Shown here in pieces: positions 46,201 to 55,648 of a DNA stretch of 64,000 nt. The position numbers were made by a program, and so were the translations under genes. The notes beneath the pieces are model-generated. The model saw only the letters and a program-made list of their open reading frames with translations, ran no database searches and had not been told where the DNA came from. Source of the stretch: a virus (Duplodnaviria > Caudoviricetes); the IMG/VR virus record IMGVR_UViG_2833400001_000001, positions 5,232 through 69,231 of that record. One strand, 5' to 3'. How positions within the stretch are numbered: the stretch's first letter is position 1; each line of letters begins with the position of its first letter.

Positions 46201-49200
46201 CACGACTACAAGGACCCTGACCATTTACAAAGTATTGCAGCCATTCCACAGATTATTGAAAATGCGATATATATTGACACTTTGCCAAATGAAGATAGAA
46301 GGAAACACCCTGATATTGAAAGTTATGATTATTACGCTGTAGGTTTGAATATTGGTGGTGATTATTATACTGTTAAAGCCGTTATTGCTAATTCAACGAC
46401 TGGTGAAAAATATTACGATCATAAATTATCAGAGATCGAAAAAGGCGATCTATTAGAAATGACCTCTCGCGTATCAACTGCGGAGATTTCCAACTCATCG
46501 CCTTTATCTAGGATTGAGGATAAACGTTTATTACAACTTTTGCAAGCAGAAACAGCAGACTCAACAGAAAATAATAATGCCCCTCATGATAAACAACAAC
46601 TTCAATCTTTACTCTCTAATATCCTAACACCAGAACAGTCAGCCAATGTTGAAATTGTTACAGGGCAAACCGCACCAGATAACGCTCGCAAATTTATTCG
46701 TGATGGTGTGGAAGGTTGGTTTAATCCAAAAACAGGGAAAGTGACGTTAGTTCCTTCAAATATTAGAGCTACAAAAAACATGAGCCGAGAAATGCGGTTA
46801 GCTTGGGTAGCTTGGCATGAGTTAGGACATTTAGGGGTAAATGTTAAATATCGTGCGGACTATAAAGGCATTATGGAAAAAGCTCGTAAGCATAGTGTCG
46901 TAGGTGCAATGTCAGAAGCGATTATGGCAGACAGAAAACGCTTTGTGGATAAATCAGGCAAATATACCGACCCAGCAGCCACTAACAAAGATATTGCAAC
47001 AGAAGAAGCCTTAGTTGAATTATTGGCTGCGCACGAAACAGGTAATTTTGATGAGCTTCGTCAGCGATACGGTGTAAAAATTAACACTCTACACGAAAAG
47101 AACTTTAAAGCGTGGTTTAAGATTATTGCTGATAAAGTGCGTCAATTGATGAATAAGTTATTTGGACGTTCTTTTGATGAAATGACAGATTACGATCTAA
47201 TTCGTTTAATTGGTGGTATTAAGCAAGGCATTAACAGCAATCCAACACCACCGACAACAGGCAAGCGCTTTAGCTTAAATGAACACCCTGATAGTGATTT
47301 TGCAAGAGCGGTTGATGATGTCGCAAGTGGTAAATTTACAGCCCAACAGGTTATTGATGTAGGAACAACGCCAGCAGTTTTAAAAATGTTAGGTTTACCT
47401 GACGTGAATGTTGTCATTAACGGTTCTGTATTAAAGAAAGTAATGTTAGATAAACATAATGTTAGACCTGAAGTATTAAAACAATTACCACGACAAATTA
47501 ATAACCCTGTTGCCGTAATGAAATCTAGCACACAACAAAATGGCTATGTTGTATTAACTGAATTAACCGAAAACGTAAATGGCGTGGATAAACCTATAAT
47601 CGCTGCATTGCATTTAAAACAATCAAAACAAGGTTTAGAGTTGATTAATATTGCAAGTGTCTATGGGCGTAATATTTCGCAGCTGCAAAATGGATTGAAT
47701 AACGATTTATTATATTGGAATAAAACAAAAGGTTCTCAACTTGCTAGGAGAGTTGGGCTTCAATTGCCATCGTCGCTCACTAGCGCTGAGAACCTTTCGG
47801 TTGGTTCTGGCGATAACCTTACGCTTCAATTGCGATCACCGTTATCTAAGAACCAACCCTTGTCTAATATTAAGACAGAGGAGGATTTAAAGCAATACTT
47901 GCCAGAAATTAAATTTTCAGCGGCCACTTCTGTTTTAGATAGCGCATTTAATAAACTTGGCTATGGCGAAAAGGAAAGCGCTTTAGAACGCGGAGTTAGT
48001 GAGTTTAAACAAGCTAAATCTAGAACTGTTTCAGAATGGAAAGCTTTAGCAACAGATTGGGGCAGAAAAATGAATACATGGGTATTTGATTCTTTAGCGC
48101 CAATCAAGTATTGGGAAGATAAAGCGGGTGTTACCGATCATAGTCAATCCGGATATACAGCAGCACGACTTGCAGCCGGTTCGGGTTCTATTGCTGAAGC
48201 GAGTATGACACATGGTTTACCGGAATGGAAAGATGGCATTATTCAACGTAAAGCAGGAACGAGCAAAAACGATGCTTTATTAGGTATTATGGAAAATCTC
48301 GGTGATGACATGAATAACTTTTTAGCCTGGATTGCCGGTAATCGTGCTGAAAAGTTAATGGCAGAAGGTCGAGAACATAACTTAAGTGTTGAGGAAATCC
48401 AGGAGCTGAAAGCGTTAAATAAAGGCAAAGAGCAAAAGTTTGAACAGGCTCGTAAAAAGCTGATGAATTGGAATAAAGCCATTTTAGATTTAGCGGAGCA
48501 TGCTGGTTTATTTACGAAAGAAGATAGAGCGAAATGGGAAGATACAGAATGGTATATTCCGTTTTATCGTGAAACAGAAGAAGGTGATGTGATTGCACCG
48601 TTTCGTAATAAAGGTCTGGCTAACCAAACAGCTGGAATTAAAAGATTAAAGGGAAGCGATAAAGCGACATCTGATTTACTTAGCAATATCATCACTAACG
48701 CTACAAAATTAATTGATGCGTCAGTCAAAAATGATGCTTTGACTAAAGCGGTTGTCAATCTTGCTGATACAGATGTAATTACGGTTATTGAAAAGCCTAA
48801 TCTAATTGATTATCGACGACTCGAGCAAAATAAACAAGGCAAAGGCATTAAAGATGGTGGTTTAGCTATTGTGAAGATTAAAGGCGAAGATTATATGATC
48901 GAAGTCCACGATAAAGCGCTATTTAATGCTATTACCTCTATCGACCAAAAACCATTAGATTATACTGGCCGTAAAATTTTTACTGGAGCGAAACACGTTT
49001 TAACAGCAACAGTAACCTCAATGCCTGATTTTATTGTGAGAAACTTTTTGCGAGATGTTGTGCAAGCAGCAACAACAGATCGAAATCATATGAAGTTAGG
49101 TGTTGATTCACTCAAAGGCTTGAAAGAGTCATACAGCAAAGGTGGCGCAGCAGTGGATCTAATGTTTTCTGGTGCGTCATTTGGTCATGGGTATATTGAT

Positions 49201-50532
49201 GCCGGCGATCCTAAAGTGGCTGCTGACAATATTCGCAAGCATTTACGAAAGAAAGGGTACAGTAAGTCAGAAATTGATGGCTATATGAAAACTATTGTAT
49301 GGTCTAAAGACCAACTTACTAATCTGCTTGATAAATATCAACACCTCAATTCATCCGTTGAAAATGCAAACCGCGTAGCGGTATATCATGCAGCCTTAAA
49401 GAACGGAAAATCAAAAGCGCAAGCTGCTTTAGAGGCAAAAGATTTAATGGATTTCTCAATGAAAGGGAACGCAAGAATCATTCGATTCTTAGCTGATATT
49501 CTTCCTTTCTTCAATGCAAGATTGCAAGGATTGTCACAATTAGGACGAGCCTTTAAAGACAATCCAAAGAAAGTTGCACAAAGAGGCGCTATGATTGCAT
49601 TGACATCAGTAGGACTGGCATTAGCGAATATGGGCAACGATCGTTATGAAGAATTACCAGATGAAGAAAAAGATAATTATTGGCATATTTTCATCGGCAA
49701 TGAACATCTTCGCATACCTAAACCATTTGAATTAGGGGTTGCTTTCGGCACAATTCCAGAGCGCTTACTCAGAACAACACTAGGGTTAGACTCAACAGGT
49801 AAATTAGGCGAAAGATTAAGCTCTGCAGTGATTAATACGTTATCACTTAACCCAATTCCTCAAGTGGCTAAACCGCTAGCTGAACTTTATATGAATAAAG
49901 ATATGTTTAGTGGTAGAGAAATTGAAAGTATGTCCGATAAACGACTTATATCTGCTGCGAGATATGATGAAAATACGTCATTATTAGCGAGAGGAATTGG
50001 ACAGGTAACAGGCGAGTTTGGATTAAGCCCTAAACAGATTGAGCATCTAGCAAGAGGGTATTTCGGTACGCTAGGTATGTATGTCTTGGGTATGAGTGAT
50101 TATTTAATTAGAGCGAACGGTAATTATGGTGATAAACCTAAGAAAAATTGGAATGAATTACCGGTTTTCAGTGCTTTATTTGGTGGTGATGTCAATGTAC
50201 CTAGACGCTATACCAGTTACATGAATGATTATTATGAGTATCTCAATAAAGCAACAGAGATTGTAGCTACCATTAATAATTATGAGAAGAAACGCGGCAT
50301 GTTAGATGAAGCAAGACAACTTAAAGAAGAAAATAAAGCGTTATTACGTCATGTTCCTTTGCTCAATAAAGTGCAAAAAGAATTGAAAGGCGTTAAAAAC
50401 GAAATTGACTTAATTCAGCGTGATCGTGTAATGAGCGCTGAAAGAAAGAGACAGCGTATTGATCAGCTATTAGCTAGACGAAATCAGCTTGTTAAAATGG
50501 TTGCTGAAAGAGTACGACAAGAAGATTATTGA
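43273..50532 (+). CDS. Large polyvalent (ejection/conflict) protein, 2419 aa
   Basis: FKAWFGDW..VVYHG (ART-like), INKDTG..(LPD3-like), HELGH (zincin), MuF-C-like, IPKPFELG (LPD38-like) segments. Confidence 0.8.
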   Translation: MSTIYLSDATRKRLSETAYGGKNKEDEAASYLGAMTATYEQPKEQQGVIGDTIDAFEMGLGRGASDLSRLVAIGANKLGFDSVESWFNKAADASAQYADEQMNEMSDEMKAALKQDVTDDPTALMNIRWWAGNLGAVLGSELDTVLVTIGTFGAGSAAYAGTKTAAKQGLKQVFKKELANKVGEVAVNEALKRGASKQLARVAGVTAVQSAMMAGSRANQIRDEMLNLSDDELANNEQFQQVYNDLYNTEEGMGLSIDERFEVAKNNFIAKAAREAAFNPVSVLSDLATNAVSGLGGGFMGVGKASKNVVDGLKKGALKESVTEAIQEVTDQYSVNTTAKDYYDPNRDVTEGMASNAIQGAILGAAFGAPTGALDVYNDRRVLNKAKKEFLKFKSTGNETVDESLRSYVDMVNSQANDLEDLISQSRFNAHYVIAQKEARAANIMAQDASQANLGTNEVEIQNTSPAEDDVVDVNNDQSSNQEDVIDQNNIAATQDTPTENTVSFLTDNDLSKLFTHNAKLANKIADLQDRLEDPTISDVDKQGLQAELNSHINETKDFFNPPFSFEKTQLDDIAKVNPQLAKDLTATQSIITNKLAHPRIKKAAEQQFSTLLDQVKQGNFVKFNDLQRKQLEQRQQEINKQITPDQNPKLSNDEQIDFVEQQLYDDQFTPEQHIEPYSEVRFSRSQHNTLTEQAYNQAKAEGRTELDFNQWKQVRTPEFKAWFGDWENDPKNASKVINPRTGEPLVVYHGSNNYEETRKWNDKQKYYETEYQPFNIFKRNVDGLENQGHFFNSDKDNAFGYGVNEYHTYLNLKNPLIIDAKSSHYSAIKHKRNIKDTYDWAKYAENKGYDGVIFENVRDGADFSALDNDTNNFVAFASNQIKSATDNIGTFDPNNNDIRYSRKGNVNRPKSESLEKLRNAESIHISGNDIEPSADLKQYKRNALNYGKLLRGSYINKDTGQEITLGRAGVQEVLRHDYKDPDHLQSIAAIPQIIENAIYIDTLPNEDRRKHPDIESYDYYAVGLNIGGDYYTVKAVIANSTTGEKYYDHKLSEIEKGDLLEMTSRVSTAEISNSSPLSRIEDKRLLQLLQAETADSTENNNAPHDKQQLQSLLSNILTPEQSANVEIVTGQTAPDNARKFIRDGVEGWFNPKTGKVTLVPSNIRATKNMSREMRLAWVAWHELGHLGVNVKYRADYKGIMEKARKHSVVGAMSEAIMADRKRFVDKSGKYTDPAATNKDIATEEALVELLAAHETGNFDELRQRYGVKINTLHEKNFKAWFKIIADKVRQLMNKLFGRSFDEMTDYDLIRLIGGIKQGINSNPTPPTTGKRFSLNEHPDSDFARAVDDVASGKFTAQQVIDVGTTPAVLKMLGLPDVNVVINGSVLKKVMLDKHNVRPEVLKQLPRQINNPVAVMKSSTQQNGYVVLTELTENVNGVDKPIIAALHLKQSKQGLELINIASVYGRNISQLQNGLNNDLLYWNKTKGSQLARRVGLQLPSSLTSAENLSVGSGDNLTLQLRSPLSKNQPLSNIKTEEDLKQYLPEIKFSAATSVLDSAFNKLGYGEKESALERGVSEFKQAKSRTVSEWKALATDWGRKMNTWVFDSLAPIKYWEDKAGVTDHSQSGYTAARLAAGSGSIAEASMTHGLPEWKDGIIQRKAGTSKNDALLGIMENLGDDMNNFLAWIAGNRAEKLMAEGREHNLSVEEIQELKALNKGKEQKFEQARKKLMNWNKAILDLAEHAGLFTKEDRAKWEDTEWYIPFYRETEEGDVIAPFRNKGLANQTAGIKRLKGSDKATSDLLSNIITNATKLIDASVKNDALTKAVVNLADTDVITVIEKPNLIDYRRLEQNKQGKGIKDGGLAIVKIKGEDYMIEVHDKALFNAITSIDQKPLDYTGRKIFTGAKHVLTATVTSMPDFIVRNFLRDVVQAATTDRNHMKLGVDSLKGLKESYSKGGAAVDLMFSGASFGHGYIDAGDPKVAADNIRKHLRKKGYSKSEIDGYMKTIVWSKDQLTNLLDKYQHLNSSVENANRVAVYHAALKNGKSKAQAALEAKDLMDFSMKGNARIIRFLADILPFFNARLQGLSQLGRAFKDNPKKVAQRGAMIALTSVGLALANMGNDRYEELPDEEKDNYWHIFIGNEHLRIPKPFELGVAFGTIPERLLRTTLGLDSTGKLGERLSSAVINTLSLNPIPQVAKPLAELYMNKDMFSGREIESMSDKRLISAARYDENTSLLARGIGQVTGEFGLSPKQIEHLARGYFGTLGMYVLGMSDYLIRANGNYGDKPKKNWNELPVFSALFGGDVNVPRRYTSYMNDYYEYLNKATEIVATINNYEKKRGMLDEARQLKEENKALLRHVPLLNKVQKELKGVKNEIDLIQRDRVMSAERKRQRIDQLLARRNQLVKMVAERVRQEDY

Positions 50533-50610
50533 CTTGTGCAAAAAATTGCACTAGAATTTCTCATAATAGCCAAAGTGTAATTTATTTGCATTTTGGCTTT
50601 TTTATTGGAG
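50529..50610 (+). promoter_or_regulatory. Late promoter + terminator, copy 2
   Basis: 82-bp near-identical copy of 37392-37473; -35 overlaps the TGA of the giant gene. Confidence 0.8.
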
Positions 50611-50615
50611 TAAAA

Positions 50616-50798
50616 ATGGAAATTCAATCACACGCAGATAAACAGTTGTTAAAGCGCGAATTAAATCTACGCCTAACAGAATATCAACGTAGCTTATCTC
50701 AGATTGGTTTAACTTCGCAGCAATATGATGTGTTGCGAGGTCGGATAGCTGAAATTAATGATTTAATTGAGTGTTTTCAATTAAACCAAACAGAATGA
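50616..50798 (+). CDS. Small head-associated protein (60 aa)
   Basis: GGAG RBS; YDVLRGRIAEINDLI motif; before scaffold. Confidence 0.6.
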   Translation: MEIQSHADKQLLKRELNLRLTEYQRSLSQIGLTSQQYDVLRGRIAEINDLIECFQLNQTE

Positions 50799-50885
50799 AT
50801 TTAATAAGAAAAAGAGCCACCCATCGCGGTGGCTTTTTTATTGGAATTTACAACAAGCCGCTTTATGCCGCTAATGGAGTAATAC

Positions 50886-51722
50886 ATGGAAAATCAAGAG
50901 CCACAAACATTTGATGAAGCCGCCGCTTTTGAAGAAGCCGCAAGCGAAATGAAATCAAGTGGTGAAACTCAAGTTAACACAACAGACGACGCAGAAAATA
51001 CCGATGCCAGCTTGCCTGATCAGCAAGTGCAAGACGCTGACAATATTCAGCCGTCCGATGTGCCAGATTGGTTGAAAGATGCCTCTGATGAAGTGAAGGA
51101 AAACGTAAGAAAACTTGAGGAAGAACGAAAACGCTTTGAACACATGGCGAAAAGTCAGAGAGGTCGTGTTGGAGCGTTGTCAAAGAAATATCAACAAGCA
51201 AAAGCCGCGCTGGATAAAATTAAATCAAATTCAAGCAATATTGATGCCGATATTGAACGTTTGAAAGAAGATTATCCAGAGATGGCTGAGGTACTGTCAC
51301 GCATTGTGACAGGACAGAATAAACGACTTGATGCTATTTCAGATCCGTTATCACAATTAGCAGAAGCTAACGTTCAGGATTTAGTGCAACAAGAATTAGA
51401 CGGCAATATTGCCCTCGTTTCAAGCGCTGTTCCTGATGCTGAACAGATTGTCGCCGACCAAGGCTTTCATCAGTGGGTACAGTCTCAGCCGAAAGGTGTC
51501 CAGGCTTTATTCAGATCTGATGATCCGAATGACGCAATCTATCTGTTAAATGAGTACAAAAAAGTTACCTTCGCTAAACAAGATAACCGCACAAAACGAA
51601 CACAACAATTATCCGCAATGAGCTTACCTAACGGACGTAACAGTCCGAAAGGTGGCGCAGAGGATTTAGATGAGAATTCACTCTTTAATCGTATTGCGGA
51701 AGATATGAAACGTAATAGATAG
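50886..51722 (+). CDS. Capsid scaffolding protein
   Basis: Acidic coiled-coil protein directly before the capsid gene. Confidence 0.75.
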   Translation: MENQEPQTFDEAAAFEEAASEMKSSGETQVNTTDDAENTDASLPDQQVQDADNIQPSDVPDWLKDASDEVKENVRKLEEERKRFEHMAKSQRGRVGALSKKYQQAKAALDKIKSNSSNIDADIERLKEDYPEMAEVLSRIVTGQNKRLDAISDPLSQLAEANVQDLVQQELDGNIALVSSAVPDAEQIVADQGFHQWVQSQPKGVQALFRSDDPNDAIYLLNEYKKVTFAKQDNRTKRTQQLSAMSLPNGRNSPKGGAEDLDENSLFNRIAEDMKRNR

Positions 51723-51741
51723 AATTTAAAGGAGAAGTATT

Positions 51742-52740
51742 ATGGCTACAGGCACTACGACTTATGGCGACATTTCACCACGTACACAAGTGTATGCAGT
51801 GGCGCAAATGTTAAAACACGCAGAGCCAATTATTGTGTTAAACAAATTTGGCCAATCAAAAGGCATTCCACAAAATAAAGGGCAGAAGATTAAATTCCGC
51901 CGCGCGAAACCTTTTGAACCAGCATTAACACCATTAACGGAAGGTGTACGCCCAGCGGCACAAAAAATGGTGTATGAAGATGTGGAAGCGGTATTGAAGC
52001 AATACGGCGCGTGGACTGAGATTACTGATGTGATTCAGGACACACACGAAGATCCGGTACTCAAAGATATTACGCAGTTATCCGGTGAGCAAGCGGGAGA
52101 AACAACTGAGTTGTTAACGTGGGGTGTTATCAATGGTGGCACATCAGTGGTATTTGCAAACGGTGCAGCGACCAACCAGGTCAATCAGCCGCTTTCACTT
52201 GCTGCATTACGAAAAGCAGTTCGTGTTTTAATGAATAATCGCGCGAAGAAAGTCACGAATATTCTTGATTCATCTATCAAGATGGAAACTAAGCCGATCG
52301 AAGCGTCATTTATTGCGGTTTGTCACACTGACTTAGAGCCGGATATTCGTAATTTGCCAGGTTTTGTGCCTGTGGCAAAATACGGCACTCGCTCAACCGT
52401 TTCTCCTAACGAGTTTGGTACAGTCGAGAATGTGCGTTTTGTCACGACTGCGTTATTCACACCAACTGCTGATGCCGGTGGCGCAAAAGGCACAACGCTA
52501 TCTACAGGTGGAAGCAATTCTGACATTTATAAAATTGTCATTTTTGGACAAGATGCGTTCGGGGTTTGCCCACTCAAAGGTAAAGAATCTGCCAACATCT
52601 TAGTGCGCAATCCTGGTAAGCCTGAAAAAGGCGATGAACTAGGACAAACCGGTTCGGTGGGTTGGAAAACCTGGCATACCGCACTTATCCTCAACCAGGC
52701 GTGGTTAACTCGCATTGAGTGTGCTGCCTCAGCACTTTAA
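51742..52740 (+). CDS. Major capsid protein (N4-gp56 family)
   Basis: TTYGDISPR, LTEGV.P, QYGAWTEITD, DELGQTGSVGWK motifs. Confidence 0.9.
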   Translation: MATGTTTYGDISPRTQVYAVAQMLKHAEPIIVLNKFGQSKGIPQNKGQKIKFRRAKPFEPALTPLTEGVRPAAQKMVYEDVEAVLKQYGAWTEITDVIQDTHEDPVLKDITQLSGEQAGETTELLTWGVINGGTSVVFANGAATNQVNQPLSLAALRKAVRVLMNNRAKKVTNILDSSIKMETKPIEASFIAVCHTDLEPDIRNLPGFVPVAKYGTRSTVSPNEFGTVENVRFVTTALFTPTADAGGAKGTTLSTGGSNSDIYKIVIFGQDAFGVCPLKGKESANILVRNPGKPEKGDELGQTGSVGWKTWHTALILNQAWLTRIECAASAL

Positions 52741-52789
52741 CCTGTACTTAGCCCTCTTCGGAGGGCTTTCTTTTTTATAGGAGAAATTT

Positions 52790-53275
52790 ATGTCTTATCC
52801 ATTTATCAATCTTGACACTGCAAAAAAAGATGAGTTGATTACACACTTAAAAAATTATTGCGGTATTGAAGCGAAAGAAAGTGATACTAAAGACAAGTTA
52901 GTTGAAGCGATTTTAGAATTTGAAGATCTGAATGGGCATGTTAGACCGTATGAATCAATCCCAGAAAAATACAGATCGGACTCAAATCATACTGAAAATA
53001 ACGATGCCATTGAACATAGCTCAGATTTAAACACTTATCCAAAAGTGAAAATCTTAATTCAGTCAACAGAAAAATTTGATGGTCAAGATGATGTATTGGT
53101 TTGGATCAACGGCTTTTCTTATCAAATCAAGCGCGATGTTGAAGTTGTTGTACCTGAACCGGTATATCAATTACTCATTAATTCAAAAACCACGATTTAT
53201 CAGCAAGAAAAAGATGGTTCAGTCACTGAAAAAATCGTACCGAATTATGCAGTTCAATTCTTAGGTAATGCGTAA
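52790..53275 (+). CDS. Phage structural/hypothetical protein
   Basis: VWING..YQIKRDVEV.VPEPVY motif; after capsid. Confidence 0.55.
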   Translation: MSYPFINLDTAKKDELITHLKNYCGIEAKESDTKDKLVEAILEFEDLNGHVRPYESIPEKYRSDSNHTENNDAIEHSSDLNTYPKVKILIQSTEKFDGQDDVLVWINGFSYQIKRDVEVVVPEPVYQLLINSKTTIYQQEKDGSVTEKIVPNYAVQFLGNA

Positions 53276-53673
53276 TGAATTTTCTACAATTGGCTCAACG
53301 CCTGCGTAGAGAAATTAGCGATACCGGAGAAGGCCCTGCTAACGTAACAGGACAACGTGGGCGAAATTTAGAATATGTTGATGCGGTAAGAGAAGCATGG
53401 CTAAACATTCAAACCATCAGAACATGGGGCGATGAATTTTGGGCAGCACCGTACAGTGATTCTAATTTGCAGGTCTTACAAGTTTCTACTGACACACCAT
53501 TTATTCCTGAACACCTGCACTTAGCGATTGTTTATTATGCGCTGGCCAATAAAGCAATTTCACAAAATGCGCAAGAGTTAGTGTTAAAGGCGCAAACAGA
53601 ATGGGATAAATATTTGCATTTATTATGTAAAAGTTATTTGCCGAACATGTCGCTAGGAGAAAATAATGGCTAA
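53275..53673 (+). CDS. Head-tail adaptor-like protein
   Basis: MNFLQLAQRLRRE N-terminus; P.IPE.LH.AIVYYAL. Confidence 0.6.
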   Translation: MNFLQLAQRLRREISDTGEGPANVTGQRGRNLEYVDAVREAWLNIQTIRTWGDEFWAAPYSDSNLQVLQVSTDTPFIPEHLHLAIVYYALANKAISQNAQELVLKAQTEWDKYLHLLCKSYLPNMSLGENNG

Positions 53674-55648
53674 ATTACCTGCTTTTTCTTCGCAATTTAT
53701 CGCTATGTCTGGTGGCATGGATTTAGCAACACCGCCTATCGCTAAGGCGAATAGTGATGCTATTATCGCTTTAAATGTACAGCCTTTGTTTTCAGGTGGT
53801 TTTACACGAATTGAGGGGTACGAAAGCATTGATGGGAAAATCATTCCATCCGAGATGAAGTATTACTTAATTGTCTTGCAAGACGTTCCACCACCAACAC
53901 TATTAAATAGTGAATTTTTACTCGATAACAAGCCTGCTAAAGTCATTGAAGTAATTGATAATAGCATTGTTGTTATTTCGCAAGTCGGTGCAGCAGTTTT
54001 TACGAAATCAAGCATTAGTATTGGCGAGTTTACTTCTGTTATCACTTACATCACATCATCTGTCGGTGATGTAAATAAAAGCCGAGATTATTTAGCTAAG
54101 GCTTTCCAATACGGCTGTGATTTAGTCCGTTCAGTTGATGGTGAGGGTATATTAAGAGGTGTTGCTGAACTTAACGAAAATCTTATTGTTTTTCGTGATC
54201 AAGATTTGTTTTGCGGCGCTTTTATCAGTGATAAAGATGAAGGTTGGAAGCCTGTACCTAAAACTTACGTTATTGAGTTATCTGTAAGCGCACATCCTGA
54301 ATATTTTGCAGATGGTGCGAAATTTACTGTCGATCAGCAAATGCATATTGCTTTATCTTCTAATGTCTCAACTGATAACAAAAAAGTTACGCTTATCTGT
54401 CACTCTCTATTTGAATTAAATAAACAAGTTAGCATTAACAATGAAGTTGTCGGTACTGTTACTGCATGTAATGAAGTGACGCTAACAAAAGGAGGTTACT
54501 TTGAAATTATCTACCACAACTTTTATGGCGGTGTAGATACACAATATGCTTATGCTTGTAATGGCTATGAAGTCATTGAGATTAGGCAAGATGGTTCACT
54601 TATTCCGATTAAAGTCAATGCACAATATCCTCAACATATCGTTGCACATAAAAACCATTTATTTGTTTCGTTCAAAGGTGGACAAGTTGGGCATTCTCTT
54701 GTTGGTTATCCGACAAGGTGGAGCGTGTTATTAGGATCTGAACAGTTTGGCTTAGGTGATGAAATTACTGCGTTATCCTCTGCAGTTGGTGGTGTGCTTT
54801 TAATTTGTTGTGAGCATAAAGTATCAGCGTTGTATGGTTCAACCAGTGATGATTGGGCATTGAAAGGTTTATCGAAAGTGGGTATTCAAGCCGGCACACT
54901 ACAATCAACATTTGTACCGGTTGGCATTAGTACCAACGGCATTACGCGAATCGATCAAACGGAACAATTTGGCGATTTTAAGTTAAGCGAATTAGATGCT
55001 AGTAGAAAGTTAGGTTTTAATCCACTAGATAATAAAATCTCTTTTACTTCTACGTTAGCAAATAGAAATCAAGTTAGATTTTATTCAAGCTCAGGATCTC
55101 ATCTTTGCATTATGTTGTTGCCAGATGGTACAACAAAAAGTACCTACTTCAATTATCCAGACAAATTAACAGGCGTTTGGCAATCAAATAACTATACCTA
55201 CTTAGCATTTAATGACGGCAAAGTATATCGCCAAAATGAAAATTGTTACTCGTATGCAGGAAAGCAAATTGAATGGCTTATCAAAATGTCATTTAACCAC
55301 TGTGGCAGTCCTACTACGATAAAAAGCTGGCATTCGGCAGAATTACAAGCGACAACGCAAGGTGAGGGGAAACTTAAATATCGCTACGATCTCGACTACA
55401 ACGCTAACTTTCATGCCACTAAATTAAATGAAGATATTTCAATTTACGGTGGAGGTGGACGCTGGAATGATTCATTCTGGAATAATTTTCTATGGTCAGC
55501 AGAAGATTATTCAACACCTACTTTTCAACTAAGCGGATACAGTAGAAATATTTCATTATCTTTTTCCGGCGATGAATTGTATGCGCCGCCATTTGAATTA
55601 ACAGGTTTAATTATCAATTACATCACAAGGAGATTGTATCGTGTCTGA
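53666..55648 (+). CDS. Tail nozzle/stabilisation-type protein
   Basis: 660 aa beta-rich protein after the adaptor; assignment by position. Confidence 0.6.
   Translation: MAKLPAFSSQFIAMSGGMDLATPPIAKANSDAIIALNVQPLFSGGFTRIEGYESIDGKIIPSEMKYYLIVLQDVPPPTLLNSEFLLDNKPAKVIEVIDNSIVVISQVGAAVFTKSSISIGEFTSVITYITSSVGDVNKSRDYLAKAFQYGCDLVRSVDGEGILRGVAELNENLIVFRDQDLFCGAFISDKDEGWKPVPKTYVIELSVSAHPEYFADGAKFTVDQQMHIALSSNVSTDNKKVTLICHSLFELNKQVSINNEVVGTVTACNEVTLTKGGYFEIIYHNFYGGVDTQYAYACNGYEVIEIRQDGSLIPIKVNAQYPQHIVAHKNHLFVSFKGGQVGHSLVGYPTRWSVLLGSEQFGLGDEITALSSAVGGVLLICCEHKVSALYGSTSDDWALKGLSKVGIQAGTLQSTFVPVGISTNGITRIDQTEQFGDFKLSELDASRKLGFNPLDNKISFTSTLANRNQVRFYSSSGSHLCIMLLPDGTTKSTYFNYPDKLTGVWQSNNYTYLAFNDGKVYRQNENCYSYAGKQIEWLIKMSFNHCGSPTTIKSWHSAELQATTQGEGKLKYRYDLDYNANFHATKLNEDISIYGGGGRWNDSFWNNFLWSAEDYSTPTFQLSGYSRNISLSFSGDELYAPPFELTGLIINYITRRLYRV

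Noticed and set aside
47376-47407. Spacer 20755-20786 vs giant gene (AGGTTTACCTGA, 20/32)
   Set aside because: No CC PAM, mismatches not codon-consistent; compatible with chance
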